64,000 bases of DNA from Mobula hypostoma (taxonomy: Eukaryota), in assembly GCF_963921235.1 (NCBI RefSeq), contig NC_086108.1:99822001-99886000 (forward strand), written 5' to 3'. A program made the position numbers and the translations under genes. Below the pieces are notes generated by a model, which saw only the letters and a list, made by a program, of their open reading frames with translations, ran no database searches and had not been told where the DNA came from. Of the stretch, positions 38,740 to 50,589 are shown one piece after another. Positions within the stretch are counted from its first letter, which is position 1. Each line of letters opens with the position of its first letter.

Positions 38740-39141
38740 TTTAGATTTTATTACTGGGCAGTTAATATACGGTATCTTACATTTTGGCTATGTTATATTA
38801 ATTGTGTAGACTGTCCGGTATGGGTTTCTTTAGAAGCTAACTCTGTTAATAAATTTTCTATTATTTTTCTTCTTGGATCCTCACTTCCTTTATTTGTACG
38901 TAAACTAATTGATAATTTAATGGTTAAACATACTCTGAGGATCTGGATACAACTTAGAAAACATTTTGGTTTATTGAGATTTTCCTTTCAAGTCCTACTT
39001 ATTCTAATTTTTTAAACCCTCCATGACTGATTTAGATTTTAAAGAATGGGACAGGTTGGGTATTAAATGTTTTTGGGATCTGTTTGTTGAAGGAAATCTT
39101 TTTTTCATTTGAGCAGCTGTCAGCTAAATATAGCTTACCCA

Positions 39142-40052
39142 TGTCATGTAACCGGCAACAATGAATATAGAAATGAATCAGGTTTTATAAGCAAATAAAC
39201 ATTTATTAAACTCTGCTCAACATTAGTAAAACGATAAACAAACAAAAACCTTAACCGGAAGTAAACTGCTATGTGGCCATTTAACAAACAGCCAACCTCA
39301 GTACTAGTTCTTAAAGCAGTAAATGCGAACACAGTATTAAAGTGGTAAATTGGAACACAGTTCTTAGAATAGTAAATTTGAAAGTCCAAGAGATTTATAC
39401 AGTCAATTAGGAGAGACTTTCCTGAAGTAAAGAATTCCTCGAAGACTTGATGTTACTGCTGATCCCAGCCTGAATCTGCCTTGTCCGTAGGATTCACGAC
39501 GACGGAAATAAAATGGTTTAAAGGAACTGACCTTTTCCTCTGTAGAATAGACACTGCACAGCCTTTTCTGCTTTAGCAGAGGTTATCTCATGCAGATCAC
39601 TCTTCCTTAAACGAAGTTTCAATAATGGTCAATCCTCTCCAATACCATTGAACGATATCAGCTTTACTCGACTCCTTCAGGTTCCATACCTTAGTAATGT
39701 CTTCACTCTCCAATACTACTAAAAAGGTACACCAACAAAGCTGGCAGCTATTGGTGAAACTGCCGGCCCAACACTTCTGTACCTTACAATAGAAAGTAAA
39801 ACTCCGTTTTTAAACTAAACTGTGTCATGGGATGAATACGCAGCATAGCGGAGTATCTGACTGACGATTTAACTGAAAACTAACTGTGTCACCAGGGGTC
39901 TCCCCTTTCTGGTGGCATGTCGTCACGTGACCTCGCATCGGTGGGAATATTACATCAGGTGACCTCCAGAAGACCATTACATCATGCTCATCACCTACTC
40001 AATTGCATCATGGTCATAAGACAGTCACTAGATATCCATGAGGTATGTAACA
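39142..40052. mobile_element. Solo LTR (911 bp), probably Gypsy-type
   Basis: TGTCA...TAACA ends and 4-bp TSD CCCA (39138-39141 / 40053-40056). Removing it restores the L1 frame KYSLPKTHFLRYLQ. Confidence 0.85.
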
Positions 40053-40341
40053 CCCAAAACTCATTTTCTTAGATATCTACAAATCAGAGACTTTCTAAGA
40101 TCTCAATTATGCACATTTCCTATAAGCTCCGATAAGAACCTACTAGACGTAATTTTTAATTTGACACCACTTTGTAACATGAGTTACTGTCTCCTTCTTG
40201 TCAGCTTGAACCAGTCTGGTCATTCTCCTCTGATCTCTCTTATTAATAAGACATTTTTGCCCATGGATCTTCCACTCACTGGATGTTTTCTGTTTTTGCA
40301 CGATTCTCTGCAAACTCTAGAGATTATTGTGCATGAAAATT

Positions 40342-40880
40342 AGATTAGATTAGATTATGAGAACACTTAGTTCTCTTTTATTGTCATTTAGAAATGCATA
40401 CATGCATTAAGAAATGATACAATGTTCCTCCAGAGTGATATCACAGAAAACAGGACAAACCAAAGACTAACACTGACAGAACCACATAATTATAACATAT
40501 AGTTACAGCAGTGCAAAACAATACCATAATTTGATGAAGAACAGACCGTAGGCACGGTAAAAAAAGTCTCAAGTCCCGATCGACTCCCGAGTCCCTGGTT
40601 GCAGGTGGCAAAAGGGAGAAACTCCCTGCTGTAAACCTCCAAGGCACCGATAACTGCTGATGCCTTGGAAGCAGCCAACCACAACCGACACGGAGTCCGT
40701 GCATCCGGAAATTTCGAGCCTCCGACCAGCACCTCCGGTACAACCTCCCGAGCGCCATCCTCTGCCAAGCGCCTTCGACCTCTCCCTGGCCGCCGAAACA
40801 AGCAAAGCCGAGGATTCGGGGCCTTCAGCTCCAGAGATTCTGGACCACACAGTCGCAGCAGCAGCTACTCTCCCAGCTCT
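40342..40880 (-). mobile_element. Non-autonomous retroelement with (AATCT)n tail
   Basis: Begins tagattagattagatt; shares its 3' block with the 20153 family but has a different GC-rich body. Confidence 0.7.
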
Positions 40881-41768
40881 CTGGCAGCTCTCCCAGGAGA
40901 TCAGCAGTTTCTCAGAAACTCAAACCATGTCATCTGGCACTGACAATCATTCCACGGTGAAAGTCATTTAGATCACATTCTTCCCCATTCTGATCGTTGT
41001 TCTGAACAACAACTGAGCCTTCTCACCATGTCTACAAACTTTTATGCATTGTGTTCTTGCCACATGATTGGCTGATTAGATATTTGCATTAACGAGCAGG
41101 CGTACAGGTGTACCTAATGAAGTGGCCACGGGGTGGAAATATATATGGTGAATAAAACTGATCCTTGATTGTTGAATCAGGTTCTTCATTCCATTGAGAC
41201 TGCTGCAAGAATCAATTGCCCATTTCCACTAACGCAACATTAATCTCTTTCTTTTGTTCTCCTCCCGTTCTCGTTAACTTCCCTTCCACTTCCACCACAG
41301 AATTTACAGTGGCCAATTACTCACTGAGGCTGCACAGATCTCCAAGTAATACCTCAATACACTGACATTTGAAATAGCCGTGAATTACAAGTTTGGCACG
41401 AGGAATCAAAGACTAAAAGAAGCAATCAGTGAATATATTGTTGCTCTAAAGTGTTTATCAAGGCATTGCAACTCTTGGATTTCTTAAACTGCTTGCTGTG
41501 GGGCAGATTCATGTGCGATTTAAATGATGGGTGCATCCATTCCAGGTCGTTAAGCATATGTTTGACCTGACTTACAAAAATTCAATAGAAGCACCAATGC
41601 TAGGAATGAAAAAGTCAACCAAAAGTGATGGATTCAGCCCAATCCATCACAGGCAAAACCCTCTCCACCATTGAGCGCATTTACAAGGGGGGCTGTCATA
41701 AGAAAGCAGTATTTATCATCAAAGACCCCCACCATCCAGGCCACAATCTCTTCTCACCTGGCAGAAGG

Positions 41769-42142
41769 TGTGACGAGAGGTCTAAGCGAGGTTGGTAAGG
41801 ACCCAAGTGCTGGAGTATCCGAGACTAGAATTGAGACACCATTTTGAGACTGAGACAAGAACAAGGTTCTTGACTAGATGGTATACGAGAATCTGACGAG
41901 ACTAGAGGAGACTCCAAATGAGACAGAAATCTGAAACACAGACTGAACCAGAGTTGAGCTAACAACTGAGCACTGAACGAGTTCATATGCTTTTTAAATA
42001 TCCAAACCTTGGTGCCAAAACACTGCTACCAATTAAAGGTGCAGCCCTGATTCTTTAAAGAGGCTACATCAGTTATCCACGCTCTGGAGAATCAGAGTGT
42101 CTAAACGCGGGAGCCTGGTGTGGTTGGGTGCGTACTGTAACA
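41769..42142. mobile_element. Solo LTR (374 bp)
   Basis: TGTGAC...GTAACA ends and 6-bp TSD AGAAGG (41763-41768 / 42143-42148), inside a LINE GRRYRSL motif. Confidence 0.8.
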
Positions 42143-42349
42143 AGAAGGTACAGGAGCCTCAGGTCCTACACCACCAGGCTCAGGAACAGTTATTACTCTT
42201 CAGGCTTCTGAACCAGTGCGGATAACTTCACTCACCTCAACTCTGAAGTGATTCCATAATCTATAGGCTCACATTTGAGGACTCTACAACTCATTTTCTC
42301 AATGTTATTCATTCATCTATCTATCTATTTATTTATAATAATTTTAAAT

Positions 42350-42960
42350 AGGGCGGGATGGTAACGTAGTGGTTAGCAAACAACAGGAATTCTGCAGGTG
42401 CTGGAAATTCAAGCAACACACATCAAAGTTGCTGGTGAACGCAGCAGGCCAGGCAGCATCTCTAAGAAGAGGTACAGTCGACATTTCAGGCCGAAACCCT
42501 TCGTCAGGACTAACTGAAGGAAGAGTTAGTAAGAGATTTGAAAGTGGGAGGGGGAGGAGGAGATCCAAAATGATAGGAGAAGACAGGAGGGGGAGGGATG
42601 GAGCCAAGAGCAGGACAGGTGATTGGCAAAAGGGATATGAGAGGATCATGGGACAGGAGGTCCAGGGAGAAAGACCGGGGAGGGGGGAAACCCAGAGGAT
42701 GGGCAATGCTTTGGAGTACTAGCAACATAGGTTCAATTCCCACTGCTGCCTGTAAGGACTTTGTAAGTTCTCCCCGTGACCATGTGGGCTTCCTCTGGGT
42801 GTTCTGGTTTCCTCCCACAGTCCAAAGATGTATCGGCTGGTAGGTTAATTGATCATTATAAACTGTCCTGTGATTAGACTAGGATTAAATTGAGAGTTTG
42901 CTGGGCTGTATGGCTCAAGGGGCCTGAAGGGCTTATTACACACTGTATCTCAGATAAAAT
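42350..42960 (+). mobile_element. V-SINE interrupted by a minus-strand Penelope fragment (about 42378-42705)
   Basis: SINE head GGTAACGTAGTGGTTAGC resumes at CAATGCTTT..GGTTCAATTCCC. Hammerhead motif at 42476-42511(-). Confidence 0.75.
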
Positions 42961-43569
42961 AATTTGCTTTCGTTTACACATTGGTTGTTTGTTGGTCTTT
43001 ATTTATGTATAGATTTTCATAAGTTCTATTGTATTTCTTTATTTTTCTGTAACTGTCTGTAATCTCCTTGCAGGCAGCGGCCAGTGGGAATCTCATGGTA
43101 GTATATGGTGGCATACTGGATATGTATTTGATAATACATTTACATTGACATTAACTTTGAGAAGTGGCACTGAAAAAAGTCAGCAGCAAAGAATTCACCA
43201 GTCCCTGACATGAATCTGTGTACAAATTGTCGTATGGCAGCTATCCGTCACATTAGCACTTCCTTTAGAGTGATTATTAAGTGAGTTTATAATTCACTTT
43301 ACTTTAAGCAAGAATTTGCCAGAAGAAAGGGCGTAGAATGATGGCATGTAAATCCAAGCCATTAGCAATCAGGAAGGGCACAGTAAGTTTTTCCAGCAGG
43401 GAAATATGGAGAGGAAATGGGCATGGCTTTCCAAAGGAACCAGACAGGGAAGAGCTGATTGTACAACATCTGCAGCACAAGTGTAGGTGATAGGAGAGAC
43501 ATGATATTAAAGTCACAGAGCACGTTAACAATCATTTAATAGAAATGCAGAACTTCCACAGTGGACAAC

Positions 43570-44163
43570 AGCATTCATTTCGAGAGGACTAGAATATAAA
43601 AGCAAAGATGTAATGCTGAAGGGCTGTCAGCAATTGGTCAGACTGCACTTGGAGTATTGTGAACAGTTTTGAATCCCTCACATAAAAAAGGGGAATTTAA
43701 GTTTGGAGAGGGTCCAGAGGAGCAAGAATTATCCCGAGAATTAAAGGGTTAATGTTGAGGAGTGTTTGATAGCTCTGGGGCTGTATTTGCTGGAGTTCAG
43801 AAGAATGAAGGGTGATCTAATTGAAACCTATCAAATATTGAAAGGTCTTATAGAGTGGATGTGAAGAGGATGTTTCCTATAGTGGGAAAGTCTAGGACCA
43901 GAGGGCATAGCCTCAGAATACAAGGATGAACCCTTAGAACAAAGATGAGGAATTTCTTAAACCAGACAGTAATGAGTCTGTGGAATCCATTGCCAAGGAT
44001 GGCTGTGGAAGCAAGAAATTGGGTATATTTAAAACACGGGTTAACAGGTTCATGATTACGAAGGGTATCAAGTTTAGGAACAGGGCAGGAGAATGGGGTT
44101 GAGAGGGATAACAAATCAGCCATAATGGAATAGCCTAATTCTGCTTCAATGTCTTATGGTCTT
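43570..44163 (+). mobile_element. CR1 3' fragment inserted in the Gypsy protease remnant
   Basis: AFISRGLEYKSKDVML..LEYCEQF..3' UTR. Confidence 0.85.
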
Positions 44164-45334
44164 GTGGCACAACTGTGTTGTTCCATTGTGGGTATAGACA
44201 AAAAAATTATGTCATCTAACTTTTTAATGAAGAGTACAGTTGGTCTTAAGGCAAAAGCTAGTGAAGTACCATCAAATACTATCTTCTCCTTGTAGTCAAT
44301 TCCGCAGGTCAAGGATCACTTAGTTGCAGTCCATCATTATGGGGTCTGAGGTGGCAGTTGAAGCCAATGTGGAAGCTACAAACTCTTTCACTCATGACAC
44401 AGAAAGTGTTTGATTAATCAGAATCAGAATCTGTTTAATTAATTTATTTATTTATTGAGATGCAACCCTTCCAGCCTTCTGAGCTACGCCACCCAACAGT
44501 CCCTGGATTTCACCCAAGCCTAATCACAGGACAATTCACAGTGACCAATTAACCTACCACCCAGTACATCTATGGACTTTTGGAGGAAATCGGAGCACCT
44601 GGAGGAAACCCACACAGCCACACGGAGAACAGACAAACTCCTTACAAGCAGCTGTTGATACACCTCATGAAATTTGTAGTTTTGCAGCAGTGGTACAGTG
44701 TAGGACATGAAAATGACCATATGTTCCAAAAAATAACAAATAGGTAAGTAGTGTAGAAGAGGAATTGTGTGGAAGTGTTCCTGGGTTTGTGGGCCGTTCA
44801 GAAATCTGATGGCAGAGGGGATGAAACTGCTCCTAAAACATTGTGTGTGTCTTTAGGCTCTGTACCTCCTCCTTGATGGTAATAATGAGAAGAGGGCATG
44901 TCTGGATGGTGAGGGCCCTTCATGTCAGAGTTGACTTCATGAGGCACTGTCTCTAGACTATGTCCTCGACTGTTGAGGGTCTTGTGCCTGTGGTAATTAG
45001 CTGGCTAAGTCCATAAGTCCTGTACAGCTTCTTTCGAGCCACCGTACCAGGTGGTGATACAACCAGTCAAAGCAGTACATCCATAGAAATTTGCAAGTCT
45101 TTCATGACATACCAAAGCTCCTCAAACTCTGAATGAAGTAGAGCCTCTGGCATGTGACGAGTTGGGTGGGCAGATTGTGAGGTTGTCAGCTCCTACTGTT
45201 AATGCAGAGTTCCTATGTGTTCAGAAAACATGTGGTCAATGCTTTCAACAACATCACAAAGGTTCTTTTTTCACCAGGGATTCACTAGAGCAAGGGTACT
45301 ATCATGGCCAACAGTTAACACATATGATATAATG

Positions 45335-45710
45335 GGCAGTAGGGGGGTGGGGGGGAGATACTTCTCTACCAAAGGAGGTATAAATTGTTTCTTCCCTCCA
45401 CTAGCCTGCCGGTCGTCCTTGGGCAAGGTATAGCACCTGCTTAGGGTCACGTGAAGCCATGGGAGCAGGTGGTGGATGGTCATATGAGCTGCTGGTGCAT
45501 ATCACAAGACCAGGTCATGCAGCCACTGACACCAGGTTAACAATCTCTGAAGCGTATTGGTTATGGCTAGGGTCACCTGTTTTGTAAAGACACTGCCCAG
45601 AAGAAGGTCATGTAAACCACTTCTGTCGAAAAATTTGCCAAGAACACTCATGGTCATGGAAAGACCATGATTGCCCATGTCATGCAACATGGCACATAAT
45701 GCCGTGATGA
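45335..45710 (+). mobile_element. RTE-mobilised SINE-like element
   Basis: 3' end AAACCACTTCTGT.GAAAAATTTGCCAAGA resembles BovB/RTE tails. Second copy at 58685-59045 and a partial one at 31300-31400(-). Confidence 0.6.
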
Positions 45711-48298
45711 GTCAGACGGATGTATTTGCTGTCCATGTACTATATATATCAGGTGGAATCTATCAATATAAATACATCCATAAAGAATGCTGCTGTTGGT
45801 TTTATTGGAAAAGGAGGCACGTATCTGCATTGATCGTAATGTCCAAAAGCTGGACTGCTGCCATATTTATGAAAAAAAATCATGCAGAAGAAGAATTAGG
45901 TAATGCAGAGAAGAGTGGAATTGAGGGAAAGCAATTCAAAGAAATGCACAATTGCTGTTGTGCTATTGTCCAAGGCCAACAAGAAGGTGTGATTATGTGA
46001 CAACCATAAAGCTATTCTTGCAAGATAGATGGTGATGGACTGTACCAATTACTGCCATTTCAAGATCTTCACAGAGGGTTGGTGGACGCAAATTCTTCGC
46101 AAGTTTGATTTTTTTTTTTGTTTTGGACAGTAGGAAACCTTTTCCCGAATATCTTTTTAGGCTGTGTCAACCAAAATCTTCAACACTAGCAATGGCAATT
46201 TAGAGTGAGACAAAGAGATTATGAGTCTCCAAATTTGTGTGTTTAGAGAGGATTAATAATCCAACAGTGAAACAGGCTCAAAGGGCCAAATGACCTCCTC
46301 AACTACTGTCACAAATGCTAGAAAATCTGCAGTTGATGGAAATTCAAAGCAACATAGACAAAATGATGGAGGAACTCAGCAGGCCAGGCAGCAGCTATGA
46401 AGAAGAGTTAACAGTCGACATTTCAGGCCGAGACTCTTCATCAGTTCTGATGAAGGGTCTCGCCCAAAATGTCTACTGTTTACACTTTTCCATGGAGAAT
46501 CAGAATCAGGTTTAGTATCATTGGCATATGTCATGAAATTTGTTAACTTTGTAGCAGCAGTACATTGCAATACATGATAAATAGAAAAAACTGGGTATTT
46601 ATATATATATGTATGTATATTAAATAGTTAAATTAAGATAAGTAGTGCAAAAAAAAGTCATGAGAGAGTGTTCATTGGTTCAATGCCCAATCTGAAATCA
46701 AATGACGGAGGGGGAGAAGCTGTTCCTGCCTCAATGAGTGGGTGTCTCAGGCTTCATACTTCCCTTCTGATGGTAACTAGGTGGTTGGGGTCCTTGGTAA
46801 TGGAAGCTGCTTTTCTGAGGTACTGCTTCTTGACGATGTCTTGGATACTACGGAGACTAGTAGCCATGATGGAGTACCTTGCCTGCTGATTTCCTCCAGT
46901 ATTTTGTGTGTGTCCTCAGCTATTGTGCTCAGATGTTCTGAATCCCAGCTTGTCAGCAATGGCTTATGGCTGGGGTACTTGCAATGATAATAGCTCTCTG
47001 AGTGGCAGTATTTAAGTCTCTTTCGATGAGTATCATATATTAATATCAGATGATCAAATGTGTAAATTGATCTGACCCTGAATAACACCAAATGTCTGCC
47101 TACCTGTCTCTGTAGTAGAGGACAAAGGCACATTAATATCATGAGCTTTAGTGAGTGTCTATTAAAAAAAGGTGATTCATTCACAAATGCATGATACACA
47201 CTTGAACAGTTCACATTACGTACAATATTACATTTGAAATAGCTGACAGATAAATTATTTTAAGCAGTAAATCAGTTCAATGTTTTGTAGATCAATATGT
47301 TTAATATTAGTAATACTTTCTATGCAAACTATGCAGCCTTCAATGCCATCAGTTGCTAGATTTGTGCTTTCTGTTACATAACTGGTGCTAAACATTCCCT
47401 AGGTCTAAACAGATGTGGACTATGCTGATATAATATTAGACAACTGCCAAACATTTCATGGAAAGCACTAAACAAACTTGAGATAATGGTGGTCAATGCA
47501 AAAAGAATGGTCTTTCATTACAGAACCCTTTCAGAACCAGCCCAGGTACCCTTCAGATGGTGCATCTTTTCCGAAACACCACGGACACTTCCAATTTACA
47601 TTCAGTTGCCACTATATTGGGCACCTCCTTAACTAACAAAGTGGCCACTGTGTGTACATTTGTGCTCTTCTACTGCTGTAGCCTATCCACATCAAGGTTT
47701 GACATATTCTGTGTTCAGTGATGCTCTTCTGCACACAACTGTTGTAAGGTGTGGTCATTTCAGTTATTGTTCCTTTCCCGTCAGCCTGAACCAGTCTGGC
47801 CATTCTCCTCTGACTTCTGGCATTAACAAGGCATTTTCATTCCACAAAACTGCTGTTCACTAGATTTTTTTTTGTTTTTCCCACCATTCTTTGTAAACTC
47901 TAGAGACTATTAAGTGTGAAAATCCCAGGAGATCAGCATTTTCTGAGATACAGAAACTACCCTGTCATTCCATGTTCAAAGTCACTTTGGTCACATTTCT
48001 TCACCATTCTGATGTTTGGTTGGAACCGTAGCTGAACCTCTTGACCATGCCTGCATGCTTTTGTGCATTGAGTTGCTGCCACACGGTTGGCTGATTAGAT
48101 ATTTGTATTAAAGCATGCATATATATTTTTTATTCAGCAGTTCTGGCAGGGGGAAAGAGTTTCTGTTCTTCTCTGTTTGTTCTTATCTCATCACTGCCAT
48201 CAGAATGAGGTACAAGAGCCTGAAAATCCAAGGAGATCAGCAGTTTCTGAGAAACTCAAACCACTGTGTCTGGCACCAACAATCATTCTACAGTCAAA

Positions 48299-48568
48299 CA
48301 CAAAAAATGCTGGTGGAACACAGCAGGCCAGGCAGCATCCATAGGAAGAGGTACAGTCGACGTTTTGGGCCAGGACCCTTCGTCAGGACTAACCAAAAGA
48401 AGAGATTGTAAGAGATCTCTTCTTTCAGTTAGTCCTGACGAAGGGTCCCAGCCCGAAACGTCGACTGTACCTCTTCCTATAGATGCTGCCTGGCTTGCAG
48501 CGTTCCACCAGCATTTTTTGTGTGTGTTGCTTGAATTTCCAGCATCTGCCAGATTTCCTTGTGTCTGT
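48299..48568. mobile_element. Inverted pair of Penelope pLTR fragments
   Basis: Arms of about 108 bp with an 8-nt loop (48407-48414); 14-bp TSD ATTCTACAGTCAAA (48285-48298 / 48569-48582). Confidence 0.85.
48431..48466 (+). ncRNA. Minimal type I hammerhead ribozyme motif with intact core
   Basis: AGTC-CTGACGA-A-GGG TCCCAG CCC-GAAAC-GTC-GACT: all core nucleotides and the GUC triplet are present. Confidence 0.75.
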
Positions 48569-49789
48569 ATTCTACAGTCAAAGTCACTTAGATCACATTT
48601 CTTCCCCATTCTGATGTTTGGTCTGGACCATAACTGAACCTCTTGACCATGTCTTCATGCTTTTATGCATTGAGTTGCTGCCACATGATTAGCTGATTAG
48701 ATATTTGCATGAACAATCATGTGTACAGGTGTAGCTGATAAAGTGACCACTGAATCACTCATGGGCTGGAGTCGATCAAAAAACTGCTCTCCAATTTAGT
48801 ACAATTGTTGCTAAAGTGACAAGCTCACTCCCAGAGCTTATAAGGTTGGTTAGAATGAGAAATGGTCACACCATGCATTTTTTTTCCACCCTGCCTGTGC
48901 TAGCTCTTTGAAAGAGCTATCAAATTAGTTCAACTCCCCTTGCAGCTTCCCAAGAGCCCTGCAAGCATTTCCTATTCAATTATATGTCCAATTCCCTTTT
49001 TACAGTTACTGTTGAAGCTCTTTCCACTGCCCTTTAAAGAACATTCCTGATCATAACAACCTGGTATATAATAAGAAACCTTATCTCCCCTCAGGGTATT
49101 TTGCCAAACATCTTAAATCAGGTATAGCAAACAATTTGAAAGACCACTGGTCTGTTGGCCATTGGTGGAAATGGACTGGATTGTATTGTAAGAGCTGGAA
49201 AATTCTGCTACATTTAGAGAAAGTGGAGTGGGGGGGGTGGAGATTGTTTGGACAACATCTGGAGTATGTTGTATACTTCTGGCCTCTTTACCTAAAGGAG
49301 AATCAGGTGTTAACATATGACCTGTGCAATTCCCATTGAAAAGTGAATGGGGAACACGTTACCAACAGAAGGTGGTGGATACAGGACAGTCCATCACAGG
49401 TAAACCCAGTTACATGGAGCGCCACCTCAAGAAAGCAGCATCCACTTTCAAGAACCCCCAGCACCCAGACTGCCCCCTTCCCGCTGCTACCACTGGGCAT
49501 GAGGTACAGAAGCCTCAGGTCCCACATCGCCTGATTCAGGATTGTTATTATCCCTCAACCGTCAGGCTCCTGGACAATGTTTCCTCTGATTTGTAATGAC
49601 CAAAAATCTTGTGCTGTGCAATTTTTTGCCCAGTGACAATGACATGTGTCAACAACACTGAATAATTTCTTCAATTAAAAACAGTATAACTAAGCGAGTT
49701 CTAAAATCTGCAGATGAATCATTGCAAACTCCAAGTTGTCAACGCTGTCCGCATCACAAACTGATAAAGGAAATGTGATTAGATAGGTA

Positions 49790-50472
49790 AATAGGTAGAT
49801 AGATAGATAGACATACTTTATTGATCCCGCGGGAAATTAGGTTTCGTTACAGTTGCACCAACTAAGAATAGAGTATAAATATAACAATATCAAATATATA
49901 TAATTAAATAATAATATGTAAGTTATGCCAGATGGAAATAAGTCCAGGACCAGCCTATTGGCTCAGGGTGTCTGACCCTCCAAGGGAGGAGTTGTGATGT
50001 TTGATGGCCACAGGCAGGAATGACTTCCTATGACGCTCTGTGTTGCATCTCGGTGGAATGAGTCTCTGGCTGAATGTACTCCTGTGCCCAACCAGTACAT
50101 TATGTAGTGGATGGGAGACATTGTCCAAGATGGCATGCAACTTGGACAGCATCCTCTTTTCAGACACCACTGTCAGAGAGTCCAGTTCCATCCCCACAAC
50201 ATCACTGGCCTTACAAATGAGTTTATTGATTCTGTTGGTGTCTGCTACCCTCAGCCTGCTGCCCCAGCACACAACAGCAAACATGATCGCACTGGCCACC
50301 ACAGACTCGTAGAACATCCTCAGCATCGTCAGGCAGATGTTAAAGGACCTCAGTCTCCTCAGGAAATAGAGACAGCTCTGACTCTTCTTATAGACAGCCT
50401 CAGTGTTCTTTGACCAGTCTAGTTTATTGTCAATTCGTATCCCCAGATATCTGTAATCCTCCACCATGTCCA
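49790..50472 (-). mobile_element. Young Rex1/Babar-like LINE copy
   Basis: Near-identical to 11505-12222; (TATC)n-like tail. Confidence 0.9.
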
Positions 50473-50589
50473 GACTGATTGTACACTGATTGTGTACAAT
50501 CGTGAAATATACTGAACATACCAGCGACATAGAGGTGACATCCTTCCTTTGTGCACTAGCACAGAGAGGAAATTAAGAACCTGGTGGCA

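Larger units (their letters stand above)
36648..40163 (-). mobile_element. L1/Tx1-clade LINE, 5'-truncated with 5' inversion
   Basis: Minus-strand ORF2 C-terminus (zf-RVT-like RC..SLVHVFWTC..YW) at 36900-38185. Plus-strand upstream piece GGLALP/FRFYYWA..HFLRYLQIRDF at 38186-40168. 12-bp TSD ACACCACTTTGT. Confidence 0.85.
36512..41133. mobile_element. Tc1/mariner-derived non-autonomous element hosting nested insertions
   Basis: TIRs CACTCAGTGGTCATTTTATTAGGTACA / TGTACCTAATGAAGTGGCCAC. Related copies at 5910-6090, 47598-48115, 48220-48755 and 55200-55435. Confidence 0.7.
41371..44280 (+). mobile_element. Fragmented Gypsy/Ty3-type gag-protease fossil
   Basis: EIAVNYKFGTRNQRLKEAISEYIVALKCLSRHC/FLNCLLWGRFMCDL (41371-41600); knuckle remnant CQKKGR.MMACKSK (about 43317); VNNHLIEMQ (about 43525); CVVPLWV*TKKLCHL (about 44173). 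Confidence 0.65.
47598..48755. mobile_element. Two Tc1-derived non-autonomous copies
   Basis: Same internal sequence as 36512-41133; terminal TGTAGCTGATAAAGTGACCACTGA. Confidence 0.7.

Noticed and set aside
45671..46000. 109-aa Cys-rich ORF as a possible exon of the RING gene
   Set aside because: Read across frames it resembles a decayed RTE LINE C-terminus (RML..W..HVS..VM.K..RRIR..KSGIEG); no convincing splice pair.
47403..47428. GLNRCGLC as the missing RING CxxC exon
   Set aside because: Wrong phase relative to 22307 and an immediate stop.
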